From: a virus
Lineage: Duplodnaviria > Caudoviricetes
DNA: 39,734 nt
Direction: 5' to 3' (one strand)
Virus record (IMG/VR): IMGVR_UViG_3300032254_000013
Span: 1-39,734 of that record
Shown: positions 30,025 through 38,385 of the stretch, in pieces
How the letters are laid out: each line of letters starts with the position of its first letter
Position numbering within the stretch: position 1 is the stretch's first letter
The notes under the pieces: generated by a model
Told to the model about the DNA's origin: nothing
The model's input: the letters and a program-made list of their open reading frames with translations, nothing else
Databases searched by the model: none
Made by a program: the position numbers and the translations under genes

Positions 30025-30913
30025 GGGGAGCTCCTTGAGAATTAAGCTTTGCATTTCTATTTTTAACGGCTTCTTCAACAAACAATTTGTAATAGGCAGG
30101 TTTGTCTGGGCGTTTACCGAGATTTTGTTCAGCAGCTTCAATTGCAACGACTGCTTCAGCTAGTGAAAGCTTTACTTCGCACCAGGTTCTGAACATCGTC
30201 ATTACCGGTACCGTTTTAACTTCATGGAATTGATAACGAACGTGGTTTACAAAAAACTCACACCACTCACTTGCTTTGTCTGGAATTTGAATTGACTCAA
30301 CTTCACTAATAGTGATTTGCACAGGTATGGTTAGGTAAGGTAAAACAGATCCCTGATGTATGTCGTTCATAGCTGGTTGTCTTTTGTCGTTCTTCTTGTT
30401 ACTCCCTTTGTCGTTCATTACTTCCGAAGTGATGATAAACAAAGGGGAAACGTTAGGTTTGCTTTGTCGTTCACCTTGTTGTTCTGCTTGCAAGCCTCCT
30501 TTGTCGTTCCTTTGTCGTTCCTCCTGAGAATAAAACCCCCCTACTTCTTCCGATTGCTCGAAATTTTCAAGGGTGGGCGTGGGGGGCGCATGATTCGTTG
30601 TTGCTAACGGGAGCTTATAAACGGGTTGCTCAAGACGCTTACTGATTAAAATTATTAAGCCTCGTCGTATTAACTGACGAACTGCAGCACGTAACTCATT
30701 TCGAGTCGGCTTTGTATATTGAAGCCGGCTTCCTTTATCTGGAACCGTTTCACACGTTTCTGCCATCATCTGATACCCAATTTTTCGAGCTATACCAACA
30801 ATGCCAGTGTCATAATCCATGAACCGGCGAAAACAACGCAGATAAACAATCTGAGTTAACAACGGCAAGCCTTGCAACTCGGACTCTTCTTGATCATTCC
30901 ATTGGGTTGCCAC
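29939..30913 (-). CDS. Replication initiator (O-like)
   Basis: N-terminal winged HTH (LRRFMDYDTG-like...LRAAVRQLIRRGLI), low-complexity linker, position after the cII-like gene. Confidence 0.65.
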   Translation of the reverse strand: MATQWNDQEESELQGLPLLTQIVYLRCFRRFMDYDTGIVGIARKIGYQMMAETCETVPDKGSRLQYTKPTRNELRAAVRQLIRRGLIILISKRLEQPVYKLPLATTNHAPPTPTLENFEQSEEVGGFYSQEERQRNDKGGLQAEQQGERQSKPNVSPLFIITSEVMNDKGSNKKNDKRQPAMNDIHQGSVLPYLTIPVQITISEVESIQIPDKASEWCEFFVNHVRYQFHEVKTVPVMTMFRTWCEVKLSLAEAVVAIEAAEQNLGKRPDKPAYYKLFVEEAVKNRNAKLNSQGAPHVKTNKRATAEELAIEQLGGNRVYEHED

Positions 30914-30922
30914 TATTAATTC

Positions 30923-31375
30923 CTATGGCATCAAGCTTTCGTTGCAGAAATTCATTACACGCACTACGTTGCTATCGTCAGGCACCTCTTGATTTTCTAT
31001 TCTTGTTAACTGTTCTGTTGCCACTGCTAAAACTTGTGTGGCATCGGTGACCACCTGGTTAAGCGAACTTAATTGATCTTGAACACTGATAGGTTGTGGA
31101 CGACTTAAACCCAACTCATCGCACATAAAAAATATTGCATCGTTACACTTAGTGAATTTAGAAATCGCAATAAGCTCAGAAAACTTAAAAAACTCATGTT
31201 TTTCTTTATTCATACAAGCACGAACTCGCGCCGCACCCGTTTCCAGCTTTTTTTCGTGCCAAATACCATCAACACTAATTAAGTGATGAGATATTTCTTG
31301 CGAGCTTTTGCCGGCACACATTGCTTCAAGTGCGGCATACCCATCTTTATAAAGTGCATGGCTCATGCCTCGCAC
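30923..31375 (-). CDS. CII-like regulator
   Basis: Position after cro; RVRACMNKEKHEFFKFSEL motif. Confidence 0.5.
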   Translation of the reverse strand: MRGMSHALYKDGYAALEAMCAGKSSQEISHHLISVDGIWHEKKLETGAARVRACMNKEKHEFFKFSELIAISKFTKCNDAIFFMCDELGLSRPQPISVQDQLSSLNQVVTDATQVLAVATEQLTRIENQEVPDDSNVVRVMNFCNESLMP

Positions 31376-31450
31376 CTCCTATACTTGAGGGTGGTCGTGG
31401 TAAATTACACGCAGCTATACTCACCAACATGAAATATCCAACCCACCAAA

Positions 31451-31488
31451 ATAAAAAAAAGGCCATCCGCTTGGGGAAACGGACAGCC
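31451..31488 (-). terminator. tR1-like terminator after cro
   Basis: GGC..TCCG / CGGA..GCC stem followed by a T-tract on the minus strand. Confidence 0.5.
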
Positions 31489-31545
31489 AAAAGCACTACT
31501 CTCGCAGTGCGTTCACCTTCGTGGAGTCATACGAAGTCTTGTAAA

Positions 31546-31761
31546 TCATGCTGCTACCTTTTTTTCTGTAGCTCGCTTGAATAAATCTGGACGGGTAAGG
31601 TATCTGGGAATGCGAGAATCAAGCTCTTCAATTTGAATCGCTCTTTCTGCTGGAACCCCTCTTTTCTTCCACTGAGCAACAGTCATAGGAGATACGCCAA
31701 GCTTTTTTGCAAACTTTGCCTGACTGCCGTACAGTTTTTTAATTGTTTTTACCCATGTCAT
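31546..31761 (-). CDS. cro: Cro-like repressor
   Basis: GSQAKFAKKLGVSPMTVAQWKKRGVP HTH and RPDLF motif; divergent from cI. Confidence 0.85.
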   Translation of the reverse strand: MTWVKTIKKLYGSQAKFAKKLGVSPMTVAQWKKRGVPAERAIQIEELDSRIPRYLTRPDLFKRATEKKVAA

Positions 31762-31766
31762 GCATG

Positions 31767-31809
31767 AATATAAACATAACGTTTATACAAATGTCAACAT
31801 TTTGTTTAT
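31767..31809. promoter_or_regulatory. OR operators and PR promoter
   Basis: 17-bp palindromes ATAAACATAACGTTTAT (31770-31786) and GTCAACATTTTGTTTAT (31793-31809); minus-strand TTGACA at 31792-31797. Confidence 0.75.
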
Positions 31810-31843
31810 TGATTGCAAAATCAAGGGGCGTAAAATTTGATTC

Positions 31844-32308
31844 ATGGAAACAATGATAAATAGGGTTGAAACCCAAATGGATTCGCTTGGTATTACACCT
31901 GCTGAGTTTTCTCGCAGAATGGGTGAATTACCGCAGACATATAACAACTGGAAAAAGCGTGGCAATATTCCGGGCAATAAATTATTTAAAGCAGCTGAAG
32001 TTCTCGAATGTAGCGCAGCTTGGCTGTCTGAGGGTTCAAACGAAGTACGTGAGTCTTCGCCTTCGTACGCAAGCGAATTAAATGACTCGTCCGTGAAAGA
32101 CGCAATTACCGTTATCAAATTCATTGAGAACAAAACTCAATCTGAGTTGTCCATAGACGAATGGGCTGGATTATTTAGCCATTTTTACGAAAAATATGAT
32201 GCCGGCCAAAGAGCTGGTACCGAAGTTGATAAAGCAGAATTAGTGCTCGACTACCCCTCCATTATCGAGCGTATAAAAAATAATAAGTCACTCGTGACTG
32301 AAGAATAA
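31844..32308 (+). CDS. cI: CI-like repressor (XRE HTH, no S24 peptidase domain)
   Basis: PAEFSRRMGELPQTYNNWKKRGNIP...AAEVLECSAAWLSEG HTH; 154 aa. Confidence 0.8.
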   Translation: METMINRVETQMDSLGITPAEFSRRMGELPQTYNNWKKRGNIPGNKLFKAAEVLECSAAWLSEGSNEVRESSPSYASELNDSSVKDAITVIKFIENKTQSELSIDEWAGLFSHFYEKYDAGQRAGTEVDKAELVLDYPSIIERIKNNKSLVTEE

Positions 32309-32318
32309 GGAATTTACT

Positions 32319-32618
32319 ATGTCTATTGTAAGTAAAGATATTGAAGTTTTAGACGGCTTTTTTAATGAACAGCAAGAAATTGGTGCTATGAAAGAACGTA
32401 AAATATTGATGCCCATTATGGCAATTATGTGTGTTGGTAGCCTATTGCTGGGCGCAAAAATCTCAGCAAGCCCACAAGAACAGCCACCCGCAATACCTAA
32501 AATTGAAGCCCTCACCCTGCCTACTGCTTATAATTTTATGGATCCACTTCCAGACATTAATGTTGATCCGCTTGAGTTGCCCCCAACGTTTAACCGTTGG
32601 ATTATTATAAATAATTAA
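32319..32618 (+). CDS. Small membrane or exported protein in immunity region
   Basis: Hydrophobic segment ILMPIMAIMCVGSLLLG and Pro-rich tail. Confidence 0.5.
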   Translation: MSIVSKDIEVLDGFFNEQQEIGAMKERKILMPIMAIMCVGSLLLGAKISASPQEQPPAIPKIEALTLPTAYNFMDPLPDINVDPLELPPTFNRWIIINN

Positions 32619-32619
32619 A

Positions 32620-33123
32620 ATGCCTATATATCTAGCATTAAAATGGATGTTTAATGCGGCGCTTTATGTCTTTTTAGCGTTGTTTTTTGTAGGCTTGATT
32701 GGCAAAGCAATATTGATACTAATTATCCCTGTAAGTTTGTATTTTCTTAGTAAATGGATAAAGCCAAAAATAAAAAATGAAGTGCGCAGAGACAGAGTCG
32801 ATCCTGTGCTGTATGGTTTATACGTATTAATTGGTATATTGCTTAATTTTGTCTTTTACGATGAAATCTACCCACCCAGAATCACAGAAAAACAGCACGC
32901 AAGATACTTATCTCTTGCAGATAAAAGTTTCGAAGATTACTTAATTTTTACTAATAATGACTGTGATTACCTCCCCTTTAGCTCCGCAAAAAAGAAGTGC
33001 TTAGTATCATCATCTAAGAAGTGGATAAAACATACTAAACACAAATATGATTCCTTGCCTAGCACTGGCTATACATCAGGCAAAGATATAGCCGAGGAAA
33101 TAATTAGCCGATATAAAAAATAA
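32620..33123 (+). CDS. Membrane protein in immunity region
   Basis: Two or three hydrophobic helices; likely co-transcribed with cI. Confidence 0.55.
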   Translation: MPIYLALKWMFNAALYVFLALFFVGLIGKAILILIIPVSLYFLSKWIKPKIKNEVRRDRVDPVLYGLYVLIGILLNFVFYDEIYPPRITEKQHARYLSLADKSFEDYLIFTNNDCDYLPFSSAKKKCLVSSSKKWIKHTKHKYDSLPSTGYTSGKDIAEEIISRYKK

Positions 33124-33170
33124 ACCCACATCACATATAATAAGAGTAATCCCTACCTTAAAGCAAAATC

Positions 33171-33213
33171 ATAAACAAAATGTTTGCATTACCATAAACG
33201 TTATGTTTATACT
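33171..33213 (+). promoter_or_regulatory. OL operators and PL promoter
   Basis: ATAAACAAAATGTTTGC (33171-33187) and ATAAACGTTATGTTTAT (33194-33210, exact reverse complement of the OR site at 31770); TTGCAT-N18-TATACT. Confidence 0.78.
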
Positions 33214-33244
33214 TTCCTCAAGTTATCGAATTGAGGGAATAACA

Positions 33245-33421
33245 ATGAATATCAAAAACCACGTCGAGCACCGAATAGCGGCTCAAAAGCCAGCAAATCG
33301 CCAGCGATTGAATTTATATACGCAGCGCCGTGAAATCTACCTTCGTCATCTTGGCGAAGGCTGCAAAGTATCCTTTCCCCTTGTACTAGCCTTATCCGAG
33401 GTACGCCGTTGTGTCTCGTAA
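33245..33421 (+). CDS. First early-left hypothetical protein
   Basis: GAGGG RBS before ATG 33245; basic. Confidence 0.5.
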   Translation: MNIKNHVEHRIAAQKPANRQRLNLYTQRREIYLRHLGEGCKVSFPLVLALSEVRRCVS

Positions 33422-33728
33422 AGCATTAAAAATCATAAAACCATGGACAATTATTGAAGAGCAAGAACTTACGCAGCTTCGTGATGAAGGCTACCGCGTA
33501 AAAGATATTGCTCAAATGCTTGGGCGCGGCGTTGATTCGGTGTACGACAAAATTTACAACCTCAGAAATATTTCTCCATTGAAACTGAAAAATATTAACG
33601 CAGTGCCCCGCGACTGCCTTAAATGTCACAAAAGTTTCCGTTCGTCTGGTCCGGGTAATCGAATATGTAATACGTGCAGCAAAACCAACGCAACCCAGTG
33701 CGACATTCAATATGCGGTGGGTCGATAG
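33411..33728 (+). CDS. HTH plus zinc-ribbon protein
   Basis: WT..EEQEL...GYRVKDIAQMLGR HTH; CLKCHKSFRS.GPGNRICNTC. Confidence 0.65.
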   Translation: MSRKALKIIKPWTIIEEQELTQLRDEGYRVKDIAQMLGRGVDSVYDKIYNLRNISPLKLKNINAVPRDCLKCHKSFRSSGPGNRICNTCSKTNATQCDIQYAVGR

Positions 33729-34045
33729 TGGTTGAATCTACCCATGATACCCGTACTACGGCTAACCAAGCCAAGAACGCGGTTAAGTGTGACCAATGTG
33801 GCAAGGAGTATGAAAAGAACCACCCTAATCAGCGTTTTTGCAATGACAAATGCAAAGCCAAATGGCACAGAGTCAAACCGTTGGGCAGTGGTGTTCAGGT
33901 AACCAATACCGGTTCACGCAACCTAAAAAGTCATATTGAAGTAAAGCTAATTGTGAGTTACGCCAATCGTGAAAAATTAGCCAAGATTTTATTACCGGGT
34001 GCTGATTTGTATCTGGCAAGAACAACGGAGGATTTATTCGAATGA
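33728..34045 (+). CDS. Zinc-finger protein
   Basis: CDQCGKEY...QRFCNDKC; coupled GTG start. Confidence 0.55.
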   Translation: MVESTHDTRTTANQAKNAVKCDQCGKEYEKNHPNQRFCNDKCKAKWHRVKPLGSGVQVTNTGSRNLKSHIEVKLIVSYANREKLAKILLPGADLYLARTTEDLFE

Positions 34046-34236
34046 AATTCTTTAAAAAAATCATTTGTTACTTTAAAGGGCATGACTTTGGTGCTGCTGT
34101 TTATATCTCTCCTTCAATGTTGGTGTATTGCCGCACTTGCGGAGTTGAAATACAAGACAGAACTATTGAAGACCTCGAACCAATGACAGACGAAGACTAT
34201 GAACATCTTGAATTAATGGAGCAGCTATCAGAATGA
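34042..34236 (+). CDS. Small Zn-binding phage protein (CxxxGH...CxxC)
   Basis: ICYFKGHDF...CRTCG; GGAG RBS, ATGA coupling. Confidence 0.6.
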   Translation: MKFFKKIICYFKGHDFGAAVYISPSMLVYCRTCGVEIQDRTIEDLEPMTDEDYEHLELMEQLSE

Positions 34237-34610
34237 ATGCACAACAACACAAAATAACCGACTTCGAGCGCGATATTTTAAAGTGGCTTGCTGAAGGTGA
34301 AAAAACACGCTCAGCTGAAACAATCGCCCTCACCCTTTTAGGTGTTCCCCGCAGAGATATTTTTAAAAATAACTTTTGCATTTATGCACCACGCAATGCG
34401 CACGACTTTCGCACAAGTTACATCATGGTGGCAGCGGTACCAGGTGCACGTGAACAGCTCGACAAACTTAAAAAGCTTGGCCGTGTATGGACCAACGTTA
34501 TTACCAACTGGGACAAATTAGTAAAGCTTTATAAAGAAGAATGTCTTCAAGGCAAACAACCAAAACTTGAAGCCTTGTTACGTGACTTAAATGAAAGAGC
34601 GGTGGTTTAG
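34233..34610 (+). CDS. Phage hypothetical protein, paralogue of cassette gene 36392-36727
   Basis: ATGA coupling; shared IL.W...G....S..T.A...G.P, P....DF and W...I..WD pattern. Confidence 0.65.
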   Translation: MNAQQHKITDFERDILKWLAEGEKTRSAETIALTLLGVPRRDIFKNNFCIYAPRNAHDFRTSYIMVAAVPGAREQLDKLKKLGRVWTNVITNWDKLVKLYKEECLQGKQPKLEALLRDLNERAVV

Positions 34611-34781
34611 ATGTTTAAGACTTTCTTTAAATGGATATCGAGTTTGTTTGAGGTAAAGCTACCGCCTGCTAACAGGTGCACCGTATGCAAAATAACAGCT
34701 TCAACAACGTGCTTACCATTTTGCGGTTCAAAACGATTTTGTAGAGCTTGTGCAACAAAAATAATGAGTGGAATAGAATGA
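34611..34781 (+). CDS. Small Cys-rich protein, 56 aa (not in ORF track)
   Basis: Hand translation MFKTFFKW...CTVC...FCRAC...IE*; abuts the previous stop and is coupled to the next ATG. Confidence 0.55.
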   Translation: MFKTFFKWISSLFEVKLPPANRCTVCKITASTTCLPFCGSKRFCRACATKIMSGIE

Positions 34782-35080
34782 CTAAAAATGAAAACAACGT
34801 AATTCAACTAAATGCTCCAGTTGCTTGCCACTGTGCGTCATGGCCGGTATCACACCAAGACCGGACAGGTGCACATCATCACTCAGTTTGTTCGCATTAC
34901 AAATCAGATAAGTACCCTTACCTCTTCGCATGGCATGAAGAAGATGAAGCTTGGTATCTGGTACCAATGGATTTCTTACAGTTCATCGCTGAGGGTTTAG
35001 AAGACCAACAAGCGCAAACAATTAAATTTATGCGTACCGATTTAACCGATGAAGAAATATTTAACGAGTGTGGATTATGA
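34778..35080 (+). CDS. Hypothetical protein
   Basis: ATGA-coupled start; CHC...HHHSVC motif. Confidence 0.55.
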   Translation: MTKNENNVIQLNAPVACHCASWPVSHQDRTGAHHHSVCSHYKSDKYPYLFAWHEEDEAWYLVPMDFLQFIAEGLEDQQAQTIKFMRTDLTDEEIFNECGL

Positions 35081-35247
35081 GTGAGCAAGAAACATTAAAA
35101 CAAGCACTCGAAACACCCTGCCCTTTTTGTGGCTGTACAGATTTAACTAAAAACCTATGGTCATTCAATAGCGGTGAAGTTGATGCCGTTGAATGCAACC
35201 AATGCTGCGCAGGTGCACCTGCTCACTCATGGGTTAGACGTAAATGA
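35077..35247 (+). CDS. Lar-like (restriction alleviation) zinc-ribbon protein, 56 aa (not in ORF track)
   Basis: Hand translation MSEQETLKQALETPCPFCG...VECNQCCAGAPAHSWVRRK; PCPFCG...CxxC..W is the Lar-family pattern. Confidence 0.6.
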   Translation: MSEQETLKQALETPCPFCGCTDLTKNLWSFNSGEVDAVECNQCCAGAPAHSWVRRK

Positions 35248-35450
35248 TAACTGAATGCGCAACTCGAAAAAAATGTGACCAGGCGCTGCGCAAGTTTGGT
35301 GGTGTTGGAATATTTGAAGGTGATGTTTGGTTAGCTTGTCATGCAGGTGAAGAAACACGTTATCGAAGTAATGAACATATTGATAATTTAAAAGACTGTG
35401 ATTGGTTAGAACCAACACCAATAAGCAAAGGTCAAATGGGATTAATATGA
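35244..35450 (+). CDS. Hypothetical protein
   Basis: ATGA coupling upstream; overlaps the MTase start. Confidence 0.5.
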   Translation: MITECATRKKCDQALRKFGGVGIFEGDVWLACHAGEETRYRSNEHIDNLKDCDWLEPTPISKGQMGLI

Positions 35451-36328
35451 TTGCAGTAAACAGTTACTTCTCAGGTGGTGGTCTTCTTGATATTGGTTTG
35501 ATGCAAGCTGGCTTGCAAATACATCAATCATTTGAGCTTGATAAAATTGCTTGTGAAGTACAAAAACACAACTTAGGTAATCATGTAATTCAAAGTGACT
35601 TAACAAAAAAACTCGTTAGTAATGATAACAATGCAGATGTGATGGCATTTACCTATCCATGCACAAAATATTCCCCTATTGCTAACATTCAAGGCAGTCG
35701 AACCGGTGATGAATTATTCCTTCATGCATTAAGACATATAGTAATCAAAAAACCTGAGGCTTACACGATAGAGAATGTACCCGGTATGAGAGCTTTTCCG
35801 GTAGTAATGGAGGCAATGACCAGGCTACCTGATTACTATATACAAGTATTTTGCCCTATTCAGTCAGAAATATGGCTACCTCAAAAAAGAGATAGATTAA
35901 TTATTATTGGCACTAAAAAGAATTTTAATTTTCGCCCACCAAAAAAGACAAAACAAATAAAGCTTCGTGAAATTCTTGAAAAAGATCCTCAAATAAAAGT
36001 GCCAAAATATGTATTAGACAGAATGAAAGGACGTTACCGAGATTTACCCATTATTTCCGATCCAGATAATAATGATTTAGCTCCAACGTGTGTAGCCCAT
36101 TACTCTAAAGATAAAAGCACTCGTTTAGTAAAAGATAAAAATTTCCCAATGAATGTTAGGCCATACACTGTCAGGGAGTATGCAAGACTCCAGGGAGTAC
36201 CAGATTGGTATGAGTTTAATTGCTCTGATTCAGCAGCTTACAAAATAATTGGTAACGGTGTCAGTGTACATGCAGGACAGTGGTTAGGTTTTGAATTAAA
36301 GAGATATTTTAATTTAGGTAAAAAATGA
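35447..36328 (+). CDS. Orphan DNA (cytosine-5) methyltransferase
   Basis: Motif I FSGGG, IV YPC, VI ENV, VIII QKRDR, IX REYARLQG, X IGNGV. Confidence 0.92.
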   Translation: MIAVNSYFSGGGLLDIGLMQAGLQIHQSFELDKIACEVQKHNLGNHVIQSDLTKKLVSNDNNADVMAFTYPCTKYSPIANIQGSRTGDELFLHALRHIVIKKPEAYTIENVPGMRAFPVVMEAMTRLPDYYIQVFCPIQSEIWLPQKRDRLIIIGTKKNFNFRPPKKTKQIKLREILEKDPQIKVPKYVLDRMKGRYRDLPIISDPDNNDLAPTCVAHYSKDKSTRLVKDKNFPMNVRPYTVREYARLQGVPDWYEFNCSDSAAYKIIGNGVSVHAGQWLGFELKRYFNLGKK

Positions 36329-36374
36329 ACTTGCTGCCCACAATGCAGTTTGCCATTGGAATTAATTGTTAGCA
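36324..36374 (-). repeat. Degenerate distal attC-like site (attC0)
   Basis: Minus strand TGCTAAC-AATTA-ATTCCAAT has a normal R''/L'' arm, but only a short CAATG/CATTG stem and a weak GTTCATT on the other side. Confidence 0.5.
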
Positions 36375-36391
36375 CTTTTTTGGAGAGAGGC

Positions 36392-36727
36392 ATGAAAAAC
36401 AAAATACTTGAATGGTTTGCAAACGGGCAGGTTGGCTCAAGCTCAAAAACGATGGCTTGCGCTGCCGCCGGATTACCCCAAGATAGATTTGGTGGTAGCC
36501 ATCCATACGACCCTGCCGATTTTAATAGATGCTTATTGCTTTTAGAAAAAGCACCAGAAATACGTAAACATTTTAATAAGGTTTCTGATGTTTCAGAAAC
36601 ATGGAAAAAATTAATAGATCGATGGGATGAAGTTGAGAAGACGTTTATAGATGAAGTTGGTTACAACTGGAGCAAATGTGATAGTGCACCAAAGACCTAT
36701 GAATTGATGAAGTCTATAGGGTGCTAA
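36392..36727 (+). CDS. Cassette A gene: phage hypothetical protein
   Basis: GGAGAGAGG RBS; HPYDPADFNRC motif; TAA stop within the TAAC core. Confidence 0.8.
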   Translation: MKNKILEWFANGQVGSSSKTMACAAAGLPQDRFGGSHPYDPADFNRCLLLLEKAPEIRKHFNKVSDVSETWKKLIDRWDEVEKTFIDEVGYNWSKCDSAPKTYELMKSIGC

Positions 36728-36794
36728 CGATGAAGTTAATTTGCAAGAAAGGAGCGCAGCGGAATGATTGTCAAAATTAAACGCCTTGTTATCT
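36722..36794 (-). repeat. attC1 (73 bp)
   Basis: Minus strand TAAC-AAGGC-GTTTAATT...AATTAAC-TTCATC-GTTA; one extra base in L''. Confidence 0.85.
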
Positions 36795-37057
36795 TTTTGC
36801 ATTGCTGGTGGTTCGGGCATGAGCCTGATTACAGTGGACAAGTATTTGATAGTGACCCTGATAACTATGGCTGGCAAAACACACCATGCAAGTGTTGTGG
36901 CTTATGGGATATTCCATATCACGAACTTGTAGAAGGTAGCCGACACTATAAAGTAAAACAGTTCTTTCGATACTGGCTATACAAAAGATGGTGGCCTGAG
37001 AAGTGCATTGACTGCAGCAAGCGTTACGGTAAGCACAATAGCTGCATACCATTTTGA
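36764..37057 (+). CDS. Cassette B gene: Cys/His-rich protein starting inside attC1
   Basis: AAGGAG in the attC loop; CWWFGH, CKCCG, CIDC. Confidence 0.7.
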   Translation: MIVKIKRLVIFLHCWWFGHEPDYSGQVFDSDPDNYGWQNTPCKCCGLWDIPYHELVEGSRHYKVKQFFRYWLYKRWWPEKCIDCSKRYGKHNSCIPF

Positions 37058-37058
37058 A

Positions 37059-37121
37059 AGATAACGGCCTAAATAACGTGCCGGAGCGCAGCGTAGGTCG
37101 CTGTTGATTTTATTGTTATAT
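37059..37121 (-). repeat. attC2 (63 bp)
   Basis: Minus strand TAAC-AATAA-AATCAACA...CGTTATT-TAGGCC-GTTA; extrahelical C. Confidence 0.88.
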
Positions 37122-37134
37122 TTTGGAGTTTATT

Positions 37135-37323
37135 ATGGATACATCAACAAATTGTCAGAAGTGCGGTAAGACCACAGAGGTATATTGCTCTCGTTGGTGT
37201 GAAGCATGTTATTACCCTGGTATCGATCAAGATTATGAAGAATATCAGGCAATGCTGGATGAAGGTCATAGACCAGCAGTAGCTGCTGTACAGTCTGGGT
37301 GGAAAGGTATTGAAGAAATATAA
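37135..37323 (+). CDS. Cassette C gene: small CxxC...CxxC protein
   Basis: GGAG RBS; CQKCG...CEAC; TAA in the core. Confidence 0.7.
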   Translation: MDTSTNCQKCGKTTEVYCSRWCEACYYPGIDQDYEEYQAMLDEGHRPAVAAVQSGWKGIEEI

Positions 37324-37389
37324 CGCTGGAGCTATGCGGCTATGAATGAATCGCAGCGTAACGAAATCCGAACGAGCGTATTGTTATGA
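37318..37389 (-). repeat. attC3 (72 bp)
   Basis: Minus strand TAAC-AATAC-GCTCGTTC...GCATAGC-TCCAGC-GTTA; L pairing imperfect. Confidence 0.8.
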
Positions 37390-37616
37390 GCGAATTTAAT
37401 GTTGAACAGGCAATGGAAAACGAAAAGCTAAAGAACGAACTTAGCTTGCAGCACACACATTATTTCTTGAACCTGTATAAGTTTGGGGATTCTCCATTCT
37501 GGTCGATGCACACAAACTATCAAGTTGCAGTGAATGATGCCGAACAGAATAAACGATATGGTAATAAAGCCTTGCATATTGGTATTCCGATACCGAGAGA
37601 AATGTTTGGCTCATAA
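37386..37616 (+). CDS. Cassette D gene: hypothetical protein
   Basis: ATG within GTTATG, TAA within TAAC. Confidence 0.7.
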   Translation: MSEFNVEQAMENEKLKNELSLQHTHYFLNLYKFGDSPFWSMHTNYQVAVNDAEQNKRYGNKALHIGIPIPREMFGS

Positions 37617-37700
37617 CGAATTTTAATAAGAGGCGCGACACAATGAAAACAGAGAAGAGAACCAACGCTTTCAAGCGTCCTTTTGATTTGTTTGTTATGT
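37611..37700 (-). repeat. attC4 (90 bp)
   Basis: Minus strand TAAC-AAACA-AATCAAAAGGACGC...GCGCCTCTTATT-AAAATTC-GTTA; same family as attC5. Confidence 0.82.
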
Positions 37701-37924
37701 GGTTTAAATTCAGAAAACATCCTTGTTACCGAGGTGCTGGCGAGTTTGAACATGATCTTGAAGTGGTTGATGATTCCTTTGACCATGAATTTGGAACTGA
37801 GGTTATTCAATATATGCAATGTGAAACATGCGGGGCAACTCATGATGAGGACGCAACTGTGCCGGAAAGCCCACAAGGTTTTTGGGATGACAGTAGTGAA
37901 GATTTCTACGAGTTGCACACATAA
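37643..37924 (+). CDS. Cassette E gene: acidic Zn-ribbon protein (alternative start 37697)
   Basis: VDDSFDHEFGTE...CETCG; starts inside attC4. Confidence 0.7.
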   Translation: MKTEKRTNAFKRPFDLFVMWFKFRKHPCYRGAGEFEHDLEVVDDSFDHEFGTEVIQYMQCETCGATHDEDATVPESPQGFWDDSSEDFYELHT

Positions 37925-38007
37925 CGATTTTAATAAGGGGCGCGACATGACCAACCTAGAGAAAAACGCCGATGCTTCCGAGCGCCCGCTTGATTTACTT
38001 GTTATGC
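37919..38007 (-). repeat. attC5 (89 bp)
   Basis: Minus strand TAAC-AAGTA-AATCAAGCGGGCGC...GCGCCCCTTATT-AAAATC-GTTA. Confidence 0.86.
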
Positions 38008-38318
38008 GTATTTTGCAACTGACATTAAAAAAGCAATGGTTTGATTTGATTGCCAGCGGTGAGAAGAAATTTGAATACCGCGAATATAAAAAGCACTGGA
38101 TGTCTCGCTTGCTCTGTAAGCAGGGTATTCGTAATTATGATGAAGTTCGCTTTACCAATGGCTATGGGAAAGATAAGCCGTTTATCCGTGTTGAGTTCAA
38201 AGGTGCGGCGATTATTAAAGGTGCGCATTGCTCTCCAGATAATGGCGAGCCACTGAACCAAGAACAAAAGTATTTTGTTATCGGCCTCGGTAAAGTGTTA
38301 GAGGTTGGGAACGCATAA
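37947..38318 (+). CDS. Cassette F gene: ASCH/PUA-domain protein (alternative start 38004)
   Basis: L.LTLKKQWFDLIASGEKKFEYRE and F.NGY are ASCH-type motifs. Confidence 0.8.
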   Translation: MTNLEKNADASERPLDLLVMRILQLTLKKQWFDLIASGEKKFEYREYKKHWMSRLLCKQGIRNYDEVRFTNGYGKDKPFIRVEFKGAAIIKGAHCSPDNGEPLNQEQKYFVIGLGKVLEVGNA

Positions 38319-38385
38319 CGGCTGAACTCACTTGCGCTGAAAGAGCACAGCGAGTGAAGCGTCAAAGTGGAGTGAATTGTTATGT
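38313..38385 (-). repeat. attC6 (73 bp)
   Basis: Minus strand TAAC-AATTC-ACTCCACT...AGTGAGT-TCAGCC-GTTA; extrahelical C. Confidence 0.9.

Noticed and set aside
37683-38318. 211-aa ORF as one protein
   Set aside because: The ASCH-like part starts at 37947 or 38004; the upstream extension is an off-frame read of cassette E
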